From: an uncultured Clostridia bacterium
GTDB taxonomy: Bacteria; CAYTYR01; UBA6262
Direction of reading: 5' to 3'
NCBI GenBank assembly: GCA_964441745.1
Contig: CAYTYR010000001.1
Coordinates: forward strand, 62,001 to 126,000
DNA: 64,000 nucleotides
Shown here: positions 9,987 to 20,035 of the stretch, in pieces
How positions within the stretch are numbered: position 1 is the stretch's first letter
Layout of the letters: every line of letters begins with the position of its first letter
Notes under the pieces: generated by a model
What the model saw: the letters and a program-made list of their open reading frames with translations, nothing else
The model's database searches: none
Told to the model about the DNA's origin: nothing
Program-made: the position numbers and the translations under genes

Positions 9987-12002
9987 TTATTTTATTGGCA
10001 AAGTGAACACGAATTTTGCCCCATTTCTGTCCCTTTTATCCCAGCTAAAAATCTCTTTATCCATAACCGGACTCTCAACCCAGATCTTGCCCCCGTGCAG
10101 CTCAACCAATAGCTTGGAGATGGCTAACCCTAAGCCTGTCCCGCTCACATTTTCGGCCTTAGCTTTAGCTGACCGGTAAAAACGGCTAAACATCTGGGGC
10201 AGGTCTTTCTCTTCTATACCGTAGCCATTGTCGATTACCTGTACTTCGACAAATTTCCCGGTACTCTTAAAGCTGATGATCACTTCTCCCTGCGCAGGAG
10301 TATACTTAACAGCGTTGGTTAGCAAATTAAGCAGGATTTGGGTAATTTGATTCTCATCCGCCGGGATCTTGTCCAAAGATTCAGGCGGAGGCAGTACACG
10401 CACATTTAATTTTTTCTCTGTAATATCCAGCCGCAGATTATACAAAACCCCGTGAACAGTTCTTGCGAGGTCCAAAGGTGATTTTTTAAATTCCACTTTG
10501 CCGGCTTCTATTTTAGACAAGTTTAATAAATTATTTATTAAATCAACCAAGCGCCTGGTATTTAGATTAATGATTCCCATGAATTCTTTTTGGGTGTCAT
10601 TCAAAACACCAGGGTCACCCTGTACCAGTAACTCAGTAAATCCCATAATACTGGTCAACGGCGAGCGCATTTCATGGCTGACCATGGCAATGAAGTCGCT
10701 TTTTGCCTGGCTTAACTCTACCAATTTTTCATTGGCCAATTTTAAATGTTCATTGACCCGGGCCAGATCGCCAGTAGCAATATTGATCTTTTCTTCCAGG
10801 TTCTTGCTGAATTGCTGTGTCTGTTCATAAAGCTGCGCATTCTGTAGGACCACGGCTAACTGCCGGGCGAACGTCATTAACACTTCAATCCTTTCCGGAG
10901 GGAAAGCGTCCAGGTGGCGGGAGTTGATATTTAACACCCCTAGTTTACGGTCCCCGATTACTAGCGGGATATTGACCGTAACCGCAACTTCTTCCAGGGT
11001 TAAAAGAGCAGACAGGCCACCTTGGGCCTTATTAAAATCACGAATCACTACTGGTTCATTATAGAGCAAAGCTTTTTGCGCCATATCTTCCAGCAGGGCA
11101 ATACCGTTAGCATTGACAAAAGCAGTGGACAAGCCTTTGGCGCTGCGCATTTTCAAGAGCCCATTATCGCCAACCAGGAAAATACTGCAGGATGATCCTT
11201 GCAGCTTCTCTATGCTCATCCCCATGACCAGGTCAATGATCAAGGTAATATCCAGGGCCGCGGTCACGGCCCGGGACATTTCGAATAACAAAGTTAATTC
11301 TTGCTGGTTTTCTTCTACCGTAGTTACCATCTGGTTAAACTGTTCACCCAGATATCCTAGTTCATCATTACCTAATTTTTGCACCCGGGCAGACAATTCA
11401 CCTTTCTGTACCCGGCGTATCGCCTGCAATAGTTTGCCGATACGATTGAAGATCATTTGCTCAGAAACGATAAACATTACCAGTCCCAGCAGGATGATCC
11501 CCAGGATAACGACGATAAAGAGCACTTGTTTGACATTAGTCGTTAACTCATCAGCTACCCGGTTAAAAGAATACCAGATCCTGATCGTACCTGTACGCTC
11601 GCTCTTATAAAAAATCGGTATCTTTACTTCCAGGGCCCCTTTTAACTTTTCATCTTTCTTTTCGCTATGGATAACAGGTTTATTCTTAGTATCAGTGAGC
11701 AGGATGTAGAGCACATCTTTATCGCTGCTGATTTCTCGCACATACCGCTGCAATACAACAAGATCTGCTTCTTTAACCCCCTGCCGGCTGACCTTAGCCA
11801 GGAAACTGGCATAATTTTTACTTTTTCTGCTGATATCATCGGTGACTACTTGTTTCACCTGATTGATCAAAATAAACCCGATCATAAACATCAACGGAAC
11901 CAAAACAAGCATTAAAACAGTAACAAATTTAAATCCCAGCGTAAGCCTGATCGTTGGCCTAGCCTGTATATTCTTCTCATTAAACATGCTCACCTTGATC
12001 AT
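9987..12002 (-). CDS. Membrane sensor histidine kinase (HAMP-GAF-HisKA-HATPase)
   Basis: Two TM segments, DELGYLGEQFNQM (HAMP), SHEMRSPLT, NLLTNAVKY, DNGYGI, GTGLGL. Confidence 0.93.
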   Translation of the reverse strand: MIKVSMFNEKNIQARPTIRLTLGFKFVTVLMLVLVPLMFMIGFILINQVKQVVTDDISRKSKNYASFLAKVSRQGVKEADLVVLQRYVREISSDKDVLYILLTDTKNKPVIHSEKKDEKLKGALEVKIPIFYKSERTGTIRIWYSFNRVADELTTNVKQVLFIVVILGIILLGLVMFIVSEQMIFNRIGKLLQAIRRVQKGELSARVQKLGNDELGYLGEQFNQMVTTVEENQQELTLLFEMSRAVTAALDITLIIDLVMGMSIEKLQGSSCSIFLVGDNGLLKMRSAKGLSTAFVNANGIALLEDMAQKALLYNEPVVIRDFNKAQGGLSALLTLEEVAVTVNIPLVIGDRKLGVLNINSRHLDAFPPERIEVLMTFARQLAVVLQNAQLYEQTQQFSKNLEEKINIATGDLARVNEHLKLANEKLVELSQAKSDFIAMVSHEMRSPLTSIMGFTELLVQGDPGVLNDTQKEFMGIINLNTRRLVDLINNLLNLSKIEAGKVEFKKSPLDLARTVHGVLYNLRLDITEKKLNVRVLPPPESLDKIPADENQITQILLNLLTNAVKYTPAQGEVIISFKSTGKFVEVQVIDNGYGIEEKDLPQMFSRFYRSAKAKAENVSGTGLGLAISKLLVELHGGKIWVESPVMDKEIFSWDKRDRNGAKFVFTLPIK

Positions 12003-12786
12003 AACCCTGATAATTCCAGGATACCTGGGTATATTTTCCTGCCGCTAATTGCCGGGCCAGCTGTAGCTCTGCCGCAGTCAAGTTGCCTGGGACGAAGTTG
12101 AGATGTAGCTCACTGGCAAAACTCTGCTGAAAAGCTGTGCTGATGTCAGTCAAACTTATTTTTTGCCGCAGCGCTTCTTCCAGGCCGGCAGCTTGCCGCC
12201 AAAAAGCAGGATCTCCCGGAGTGCGCAAAATCAAAGATCCCTGCTGTAAAATAATATCACGATAACGACGCTGGGCGCTGCCGCAGACTTTTTTTCCTGC
12301 TACCAGAAGATCATACTTGGTTGGATTATTGAAACAAAAAAAGTGATTATCTTTACCGCTATAAACAGTTTCCGCAAGACTAACCTGGACACCCAGGGCT
12401 AATAATGCTTTTTGGATACAGGTAGCGATTACCCGAAAATATTCAACAGCCTGGCGCTGCTCCCTTAAATCCTGACGGCTGAAAATCAAGCTAAAGGTAA
12501 TTTCCTGATCGTGCAAGACAAACCCACCGCCAGTAGGCCGGCGGATCAGATCAATACTATCCTGACCGCATAAATCGGCCAGGGGCTGATCAATGCGCTG
12601 AAAATAGCCCAGACTGATGGTGCGTCTCTGCCAGGAATATATCCGGAGAGTAGAAAGACTAGCGCCGGTCCGGCGCTGGTGCAGGATAGCTTCATCTACA
12701 GCCATATTCCAAGCGCCATCCTGCGGGTCATCAACCAGTAATCGCCATACTTTTTTATTCGAGTCATTAGCTGGCATTAGAGTCAT
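11980..12786 (-). CDS. Lipoate-protein ligase / octanoyltransferase (LplA/LipM family)
   Basis: NMAVDEA, RRPTGGG, KVCGSAQ; downstream of the gcv genes. Confidence 0.88.
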   Translation of the reverse strand: MTLMPANDSNKKVWRLLVDDPQDGAWNMAVDEAILHQRRTGASLSTLRIYSWQRRTISLGYFQRIDQPLADLCGQDSIDLIRRPTGGGFVLHDQEITFSLIFSRQDLREQRQAVEYFRVIATCIQKALLALGVQVSLAETVYSGKDNHFFCFNNPTKYDLLVAGKKVCGSAQRRYRDIILQQGSLILRTPGDPAFWRQAAGLEEALRQKISLTDISTAFQQSFASELHLNFVPGNLTAAELQLARQLAAGKYTQVSWNYQGYDQGEHV

Positions 12787-12791
12787 TCGCG

Positions 12792-14612
12792 CTATTTCTT
12801 TAAGAAAGCAAAATCAAGTACCATGTTCAGATATTTATATTGTTTTGGCACGCTTTCAAAGGAGATATATTGCATGGGTATTTTTTCCTTATCAAACACG
12901 CTATGGATAGAACGGGCAAATTCTCCTTCGATCAAATTATTGGATGGCGGCGGCCCCATCCAGATAACCAGGTCAATTCCCTGACTACGGCACAAATCTA
13001 CCATTTCCCCAAAATTCAGGTTTGAACTAGGAGTATAAGTCTGGGCAAAAGTCTTATCCAGCTTGAATTTGATCTTATGTTTTTTAATAGTCTCGGCAAA
13101 ATTCTTAATCATCTGATCTAATTCTTTATCCTTGCCGGCAGGATAAATATATCCTGTCCGCAGGTTGTGAGACCCATCCCTGGCCACGGACTCAGGTGGC
13201 GGCTGAGAAGCAGCAGGAGCTGGTTCCAGGCCAGGAGCCGGTTCCGGGGCAGAGACTGGCTCTGACTCTGTGACCGGCGGTTCATATGCGGGTATTTCCG
13301 GCTCAATTATCTGTTCTGCTGACTGTTCAGGAGCAGCAGGTGTTGACTCATATTCGCTCACTATCTCTACCGGCTGGGCAGGCTCAAAAACAATCTCTGT
13401 TTTTTCTTCAATGACCTGGGTTAAGCTCTCTTCCAGCGGGGCCAGAGTATTCATTTCTATACCCGTAGTTTCTTCCGGCAATAGGTCCTGCAGTAATTCT
13501 TCGGCTAAAGATTTATTTATTTGCCGATTAGTCAAAGAAGAGTAGGCCACGATACGGATCAGGAATCCTTCCAATTCACGGATATTTGATTTTAACTGTT
13601 CCGCGATAAAATACATTACTTCATCTTCGATCTGTACCTTGGTGCTATCAGCTTTCGCTTTCAGGATCGCGACCCTGGTTTCCAGATTTGGGGATTGGAT
13701 ATCAGTGATCAAACCCCATTCAAACCGGGAACGCAGCCGTTCTTCCAGCACCGATATTTTTTTAGGCGGCTTATCGCTGGCAATAACTATCTGTTTATGG
13801 TCATCATAAAGCGCGTTGAACGTATGATAAAACTCTTCCTGGGCTGCTTCAGCTTCAGATAAAAATTGGACATCATCGATCAATAAGACGTCTATCTTCC
13901 GGTATTTATTCCTGAACTCGATAATTTTGCCGTAACGGATAGCATCTATTACTTCAGCCATAAACCGTTCGGCTGTAGTGTACAACACTTTTGCCGTAGG
14001 ATTATTTTCCAGCACAAAATGACCGATCGCTTGCATCAAATGAGTCTTCCCCAAGCCGACATCTCCATACATAAATAACGGATTATATACTTTGCCCGGC
14101 ATCTCCGCCACCGCCAAAGCGGCAGCCTTGGCAAAATGATTGCTTTTCCCTACGACAAAGGTATCAAAGGTATAGCGTGGATTTAAACCTATTTCCGCGA
14201 AAAGGGCTAGTTTCTGATCTTCTGTCAATACCGGTTTAGTCGCTGTTTCAGCAGTTAACGGAGCGGCAATGGGAGCCTCTCCGGTTATCTCCTGGTTGAT
14301 GTCTTCATCAACTAAATTATCTTCTTCGACTGGAGGCAAATATTTGGCAAAATCGAAATTGTCCGGATTTTCCTTAAAATCATGCACGATCTCATATATC
14401 TTCTCTTTATCGTTTTCTTCCAACTGGTAAACATAAAATGACCAGTTATAATCCTTCTCCCGCAAAGAAGTCGTCCGGCCGCAGCTGTAATTAAGCTTGG
14501 TCAGCACATTCGACAACCTGGCGCTATCATCCCTGTCGCCTTGTAAAACTACTTTCCAGCGGCTAGGATAATCTGCGGTAAAACTTTCGACAAGGTCCCA
14601 TTTTGTAATCAT
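12792..14612 (-). CDS. DnaA-family AAA+ ATPase lacking domain IV, with unrecognised N- and C-terminal domains
   Basis: [48 protein letters not shown] and NIRELEG are present. The RDHTTV helix-turn-helix is absent; a Pro/Glu linker and an alpha/beta domain follow instead. Confidence 0.85.
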   Translation of the reverse strand: MITKWDLVESFTADYPSRWKVVLQGDRDDSARLSNVLTKLNYSCGRTTSLREKDYNWSFYVYQLEENDKEKIYEIVHDFKENPDNFDFAKYLPPVEEDNLVDEDINQEITGEAPIAAPLTAETATKPVLTEDQKLALFAEIGLNPRYTFDTFVVGKSNHFAKAAALAVAEMPGKVYNPLFMYGDVGLGKTHLMQAIGHFVLENNPTAKVLYTTAERFMAEVIDAIRYGKIIEFRNKYRKIDVLLIDDVQFLSEAEAAQEEFYHTFNALYDDHKQIVIASDKPPKKISVLEERLRSRFEWGLITDIQSPNLETRVAILKAKADSTKVQIEDEVMYFIAEQLKSNIRELEGFLIRIVAYSSLTNRQINKSLAEELLQDLLPEETTGIEMNTLAPLEESLTQVIEEKTEIVFEPAQPVEIVSEYESTPAAPEQSAEQIIEPEIPAYEPPVTESEPVSAPEPAPGLEPAPAASQPPPESVARDGSHNLRTGYIYPAGKDKELDQMIKNFAETIKKHKIKFKLDKTFAQTYTPSSNLNFGEMVDLCRSQGIDLVIWMGPPPSNNLIEGEFARSIHSVFDKEKIPMQYISFESVPKQYKYLNMVLDFAFLKK

Positions 14613-14673
14613 TTTTACCCCGCCTTTTCCTGAAATTGAATTAAGCTTCTTGCGCTCAACATTCTCATGCTAA

Positions 14674-16125
14674 TTATGTATCCCTTCCTTTTTCATATTT
14701 CAAAATAAGCTGCCGGCCAGCCCGGGCTTCATCGATCCGTCCTACCGGACTGGTTTGCGGCGCTTTTTTAAGCAATTCCGGTTTTTGCGCCGCTTCTGCG
14801 GCAATTAGTTCCAGGGCCTTAACAAAAGCATCCATAGTTTCTTTGGTTTCGGTTTCCGTCGGTTCGATCATCATGGCTTCATGGACAATAAGCGGGAAAT
14901 AGATCGTCGGCGGATGAAATCCATAATCAATAATCCTTTTGGCGATATCCAGGGCGCTGACTGCCCAGTCAGGCTGAGGCGTCAGGACAAATTCGTGCAT
15001 ACAGGTCCGGGGATAGGGTACGGCATAAAATTTTTCCAATTTATGCATTAAATAATTGGCATTCAGAACAGCTTGCCGCCCAACTTTGGCTATCCCCTCA
15101 GCGCCCAGCGCCAGGAAATACGCATAAGCCCTGACCGCAATTAAGAAATTCCCATAAAAAGAACGGATTTTCCCGATACTATGTTCCTGTTGATAGTCCC
15201 AAAAATAATTTTCCCCTTTGGCTTTGACTTGAGGTACAGGCAAAAACGGAACAAGTTCCTTAATCGTGCCGACTGCGCCAGCGCCTGGCCCACCACCGCC
15301 ATGCGGGGTAGAAAAAGTTTTATGCAGGTTGAAATGCATTACGTCAAGGCCTAACTCGGCGGGTTTTACTAAGCCCAGCAAAGCGTTAAAATTAGCCCCG
15401 TCCCCATACAATAATGAATCGTTTTTATGAACTAATTCGCTGACTTCAAGAATATTTTTTTCAAACAATCCTAAAGTATTGGGGTTGGTCAGCATCAGAG
15501 CGGCGACATCGGGCCTTAGATTTTTCCGCAGGTCCTCCAGGTCTATATCACCCTGGCTATCACTCTTCACTTGCCTGACCTGATATCCAGCCAAAGCCGC
15601 GCTGGCTGGATTCGTGCCATGGGCTGTGTCTGGGACAAGAATAACTGTTCGCTTTTGTTCCGGATTTCGCTGCTGGTGATACGCTCTGATGAGCAAAATG
15701 CCTGTGATTTCCCCATGCGCCCCGGCGGCTGGCTGTAAAGTCATACCGGCGAAGCCACTTACTTCTTTTAGAAAAACTTCCAATTCATAGATTAGTTTCA
15801 AAGCGCCCTGTACCGATTCTTCAGGAGCATAAGGGTGGATCCCGGCCAGCCCATCAAGATCAGCGACCGCTTCATTCACTTTAGGATTATATTTCATAGT
15901 GCATGAGCCTAAAGGATAAAAACCGTTATCTACGCCAAAATTTAATTTGGAGAGAGCGGTAAAATGCCTGATCACATCCTGCTCGCTGGCTTGCGGCAGG
16001 GATAAATCTTCTTTTCCCAAAAATCCAGCGGGTATATATTTTTTCGCTGCTGCCGGATCTGCGGCAGGCACATAAGTTGTTGGCTGGGATTGGTACTCGA
16101 AAATTACTTTTTCCAAATTAAGCAA
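14674..16125 (-). CDS. gcvPB: Glycine dehydrogenase subunit 2
   Basis: YPLGSCTMKYNP, AHGTNPAS, NLHKTFSTPHGGGGPG, EPTETE. Confidence 0.96.
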   Translation of the reverse strand: MLNLEKVIFEYQSQPTTYVPAADPAAAKKYIPAGFLGKEDLSLPQASEQDVIRHFTALSKLNFGVDNGFYPLGSCTMKYNPKVNEAVADLDGLAGIHPYAPEESVQGALKLIYELEVFLKEVSGFAGMTLQPAAGAHGEITGILLIRAYHQQRNPEQKRTVILVPDTAHGTNPASAALAGYQVRQVKSDSQGDIDLEDLRKNLRPDVAALMLTNPNTLGLFEKNILEVSELVHKNDSLLYGDGANFNALLGLVKPAELGLDVMHFNLHKTFSTPHGGGGPGAGAVGTIKELVPFLPVPQVKAKGENYFWDYQQEHSIGKIRSFYGNFLIAVRAYAYFLALGAEGIAKVGRQAVLNANYLMHKLEKFYAVPYPRTCMHEFVLTPQPDWAVSALDIAKRIIDYGFHPPTIYFPLIVHEAMMIEPTETETKETMDAFVKALELIAAEAAQKPELLKKAPQTSPVGRIDEARAGRQLILKYEKGRDT

Positions 16126-16172
16126 CCTCTTTTAATAGCGTTAAGCGTATAGCGTGTAGCGTATAGAAAATG

Positions 16173-17513
16173 CTAAATATTTTCTTTTAAGATACGGGCC
16201 AGGGTGTCGATTTCGGCTTTGGTCCTTTTTTCAGTAACGCAGAATAATAACGAGTTTTTAAGTTCCGGATAAAAAGTTTTTAACGGTAACCCCCCGATTA
16301 TCCGGCGCTTTAATAATCTCTTATTCAAAGCATCAATATCTCCAGGGGCAGTGGCGACAAATTCATTAAAAAACGGGGCCGGGAAATTAATTTTCCACCC
16401 GGGAATAGAGGCGATCGCCTCAGCCAGGTAATGAGCTCCGGCCAAAGCGGCATTGGCCACATCCTTCAATCCGGCAGAGCCCATAGATGAAAGATAAATG
16501 CAAGCGCTCAAGGCGCACAAAGCTTCATTAGAACAAATATTACTGGTGGCTCTTTCCCGGCGGATATGCTGTTCCCGGGTTTGTAAGGTCAGCACATAGG
16601 CGCGTTGTCCCCGGTTATCAACACTTTCTCCTACTATCCGGCCAGGCATCTTGCGCATGAATTCCTGGCGGCAGGCAAAAATTCCCAGGTACGGCCCGCC
16701 AAAAGAAACCGGCATCCCCAATGATTGCCCTTCACCGGTAACAATATCTGCCCCGTATTCCACTGGCTTTTGCAAAACACCAAGACTAGCCGGATAAATA
16801 CTGGTGATCAATAAAGCTCCCTGCTCATGAGCTATGGCGCTAAGCTGTTGAACCTGTTCCAGACACCCAAAAAAATTAGGCTGCTGCACAACTATGGCCG
16901 CTATTTGATCATTAACCTGGGTTTTCAAGGCAGACAGATCAGTAATTCCCTCAGCAAAAGGAAGCTCCTTAATGATCACCGCTGAATTTTTCAGATAGGT
17001 CTTTACTACCTGACGGTATTCAGGATGAATAGTTTTGGCCACCAACACTGTATTCCTGTGGGTCTGCTCACAAGCCAGGTGAATGGCTTCATAAAGCGCG
17101 GTAGCGCCATCATAGAGACTGGCATTGGCTACATCCATACCGGTCAGATTGCAGATCATCGTCTGGTATTCAAAGATCGATTGCAAGGTCCCCTGGCTGA
17201 TCTCCGGTTGATAAGGCGTGTAGGCAGTATAGAATTCCCCCCGTTTAGTAATCACCGGGACTGTGCTGGGGATATAATGATCATAAGCGCCGGCGCCTAA
17301 GAAACAGGCAAAATCAGCGACAGAGACATTTTGGCTGGCTATTTCCCGCATCTTCTTTTTGACTTCAAACTCACTGGCCGCTGGCGGTAACCCTAGCCGC
17401 TGGCGAATAATCTTATTCTGCGGAAAATCTTTCAACAGCTCTTCAGTTGAAGCGATCTCTAATTCACGCAGCATCTCTTTATTATCAGCTTCACTACTAC
17501 CTATATAGTCCAT
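16173..17513 (-). CDS. gcvPA: Glycine dehydrogenase subunit 1
   Basis: TAYTPYQPEISQG, NASLYDG, QTREQHIRRERATSNIC. Confidence 0.96.
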   Translation of the reverse strand: MDYIGSSEADNKEMLRELEIASTEELLKDFPQNKIIRQRLGLPPAASEFEVKKKMREIASQNVSVADFACFLGAGAYDHYIPSTVPVITKRGEFYTAYTPYQPEISQGTLQSIFEYQTMICNLTGMDVANASLYDGATALYEAIHLACEQTHRNTVLVAKTIHPEYRQVVKTYLKNSAVIIKELPFAEGITDLSALKTQVNDQIAAIVVQQPNFFGCLEQVQQLSAIAHEQGALLITSIYPASLGVLQKPVEYGADIVTGEGQSLGMPVSFGGPYLGIFACRQEFMRKMPGRIVGESVDNRGQRAYVLTLQTREQHIRRERATSNICSNEALCALSACIYLSSMGSAGLKDVANAALAGAHYLAEAIASIPGWKINFPAPFFNEFVATAPGDIDALNKRLLKRRIIGGLPLKTFYPELKNSLLFCVTEKRTKAEIDTLARILKENI

Positions 17514-17515
17514 AG

Positions 17516-17905
17516 TTACTTAGATCCCTCGTTGATCAACTTTTCATATTCTTCCGCTGACAACAGGCCAGATAATTCCGCGGGAGCGGCCAAGACTATC
17601 TTGATCATCCAGCCGTTACCGTAAGGTTCCTTATTGACCAATTCAGGCTGCTTGCTTAAAGCCTCATTAACCGCGACGACCATGCCACTGACTGGGCTAA
17701 ATAGGTCACTGACCGCTTTTACGCTTTCAGCCACGCCGAAAGATTCTTGTTGTTTTAATTGTCGTTCTACTTTGGGCAATTCAACAAAAACAATGTCGCC
17801 CAATTCTTCCTGGGCATAATCAGTGATGCCGATGACCATGGTATTATTACCTACTGCTTTTACCCATTCATGGGATTTGCTGTATTTTAAGTCCTTTGGA
17901 ACCAT
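17516..17905 (-). CDS. gcvH: Glycine cleavage system H protein
   Basis: HEW, GITDYAQ, ESVKAVSD lipoyl lysine; ATG 17905 follows GGAGGT. Confidence 0.96.
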   Translation of the reverse strand: MVPKDLKYSKSHEWVKAVGNNTMVIGITDYAQEELGDIVFVELPKVERQLKQQESFGVAESVKAVSDLFSPVSGMVVAVNEALSKQPELVNKEPYGNGWMIKIVLAAPAELSGLLSAEEYEKLINEGSK

Positions 17906-18005
17906 TATTACCTCCAAGTTCGCTTATGGCTAATGGCTAATGGCAAAATCTTTTAACCCTTTTTTAGTTCTTGCCATATGCTATATGCCATACGCTATTT
18001 GCGTT

Positions 18006-19106
18006 TTAATCTCTAACATGGCTGGGGACAAAAGGTGTCTGCACAACCTTAGCTGGATATTTTTCTCCCCGGATCTCTATCTTTAGGATATTGTTCAAGG
18101 CAGACTCAGCTACCCGGACATAGCCCAAGGCAATACCTTTAGCTAAGGTTGGGGAAAAGGTCCCGCTGGTGACTTTTCCCACGGCCTTATCGTCTTGGTT
18201 AAAGATTGAAAAACCATGGCGGGCAATCTGCCGGCTTTGCATTTCCAGCCCGACCAGCTTACGGGAAAGTCCTTCTTTTTTTATTTGTTCCAGGCTGGCC
18301 TTGCCAATAAAATTGTCCTTCTCTAATTTCACCGCCCAACCGAGTCCGGCTTTCAGCGGATTAATGTCCTGGTCAAGATCATTACCATAGAGGGAGTATT
18401 TCATTTCCAGCCGCAAAATATCCCGGGCTCCCAAACCGCAGGGGATAACTCCCTGGTCAATTATGCTTTGCCAGATTTTTTCCGTCTCTTGCTCCGGCTC
18501 AGGCTGGGCAAAATAAAATATCTCGTAACCCAGCTCTCCGGTATATCCGGTACGGGAAATAGTCACCGGCGTGCCGGCAATCAGCCCCTTAGTGAAATGC
18601 AAATAATCCAGTTTAGCGATCTCTGGGCCGGCCAGTTTGGCCATGATCTCCCTGGCCTCAGGTCCCTGCAGCGAAATAAAGGACGTACTTTCGGAAATAT
18701 TATTTAGCATTACGTCATAATTTTCTTTTTGTTCAGTCAGGTACTGGTAATCTTTTTCCGTATTAGAAGCATTGACCACCAGCAGATAATTATGTTTGCT
18801 GAGCTTATAGATGAACAAGTCGTCAACTATGCCCCCGTCATCATAACACATGAGGCTGTAAAGACAATCCCCCGGGGCCATTACTGACACATCATTGGTC
18901 ATGGTGTACTGCAGAAATTTTTCCGCTTCATCACCGATAACGGTTATTTCTCCCATATGACAGATATCAAAGAGCCCGGCCTTTTTCCGTACCGCCCAGT
19001 ACTCGTCGATGATACTGCTGTATTGTACCGGCATCAGCCAACCGCCAAACTCTATTAAGCGGGCCTGATGCTGCTGGTGCCATTGATAAAGTTTAGTCTG
19101 TTTCAA
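18006..19106 (-). CDS. gcvT: Glycine cleavage system aminomethyltransferase T
   Basis: FGGWLMP, LFDICHMG, RTGYTGELGYE, GLGARDILRLE; its TTG start overlaps the upstream stop codon. Confidence 0.96.
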   Translation of the reverse strand: MKQTKLYQWHQQHQARLIEFGGWLMPVQYSSIIDEYWAVRKKAGLFDICHMGEITVIGDEAEKFLQYTMTNDVSVMAPGDCLYSLMCYDDGGIVDDLFIYKLSKHNYLLVVNASNTEKDYQYLTEQKENYDVMLNNISESTSFISLQGPEAREIMAKLAGPEIAKLDYLHFTKGLIAGTPVTISRTGYTGELGYEIFYFAQPEPEQETEKIWQSIIDQGVIPCGLGARDILRLEMKYSLYGNDLDQDINPLKAGLGWAVKLEKDNFIGKASLEQIKKEGLSRKLVGLEMQSRQIARHGFSIFNQDDKAVGKVTSGTFSPTLAKGIALGYVRVAESALNNILKIEIRGEKYPAKVVQTPFVPSHVRD

Positions 19107-20035
19107 TCTTGGAAATCCCCAATTCCCCGCCCTTTGAACAAGGCAATATCCACAACTACGCTGACAAAAGTAGTCCTTAAGGCCATTTTATTGAGCGCTA
19201 TCGCTTTGATCAGCACTTTCCGTTTCTTCGGCAATTTTTTAAGTAACGCGGCCAGATTCTTGGCTTCAGGGAAAACCTGATAATTTGGAATAAAAATCAA
19301 AAATGCTTCAATATTAAAGCCCTGGTAAATTTCTACGAGGTTGGCTAAATCCAGCTGGGCTCTAAGGGAATAGTTATCGTCAAAAACGTTTTCCAGGCTG
19401 AAAGGATGATGTTTTACTGTTCTTAAAACATCAGTTAACCCGGTGAGAAAAAGATGAGCATTGTCCTGTTCACCTTCAGGATACAAAATGCCAACTTTGA
19501 CTTCATTTTCATTGAGTACCATTAACTCTTCCGGGAGATCTATTTCCTTTTTCAGGTAGATGGGCTGAATCCGGCCGACTTCCAAAGGAATAGATTCCTC
19601 ATTCTCCTGGCCCGGCATCCTAATATCACCTGGTAATACAATATTTTTATGCTTGAGCGCTTCCTTGGCTTCAGCTTTACTGATCCCACGATCAGAAAAA
19701 TCCTTGATCACGCCGCCAATTTCCTTGGCCAGGTCGTCACCCTTTTCCGGCGCACCTGGTTTCTTTTTTTCCTCCGGCAATTCTCCAGCGGCACCAACGG
19801 AAAGACGCTTCATGAACTTCTCTACTTCCAGCCTGGTTTCTTTACTGGACGTATTCAGGTAAAAACCCCAATTATAATCACCACGAGCGGCTTTGAGCTG
19901 AAAGGGAGGCTGACAAACTTTCTCAAATTTTCCCACCACCCGGAGAACGTCTTCACGATCCCCATTGATAGATACCACATAGCGGTCTTGGTGCTTGTCG
20001 TCAAAATAAGATTCTATTTTCCAGCGGATAATCAT
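19103..20035 (-). CDS. Hypothetical protein; ATPase-less paralogue of the DnaA-like protein at 12792-14612
   Basis: N-terminal GDRED...DYNWGFY and C-terminal VGILYPEG...VVVDIALFK align by eye with both ends of the DnaA-like protein. Confidence 0.8.
   Translation of the reverse strand: MIIRWKIESYFDDKHQDRYVVSINGDREDVLRVVGKFEKVCQPPFQLKAARGDYNWGFYLNTSSKETRLEVEKFMKRLSVGAAGELPEEKKKPGAPEKGDDLAKEIGGVIKDFSDRGISKAEAKEALKHKNIVLPGDIRMPGQENEESIPLEVGRIQPIYLKKEIDLPEELMVLNENEVKVGILYPEGEQDNAHLFLTGLTDVLRTVKHHPFSLENVFDDNYSLRAQLDLANLVEIYQGFNIEAFLIFIPNYQVFPEAKNLAALLKKLPKKRKVLIKAIALNKMALRTTFVSVVVDIALFKGRGIGDFQD

Noticed and set aside
12792-14612. Canonical dnaA / replication origin
   Set aside because: No domain IV, no dnaN-recF-gyrB context, and no DnaA-box cluster noticed in the very short flanks.
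19100-19300. Glycine riboswitch upstream of gcvT
   Set aside because: The gcvT start overlaps the upstream gene's stop codon, so there is no leader.
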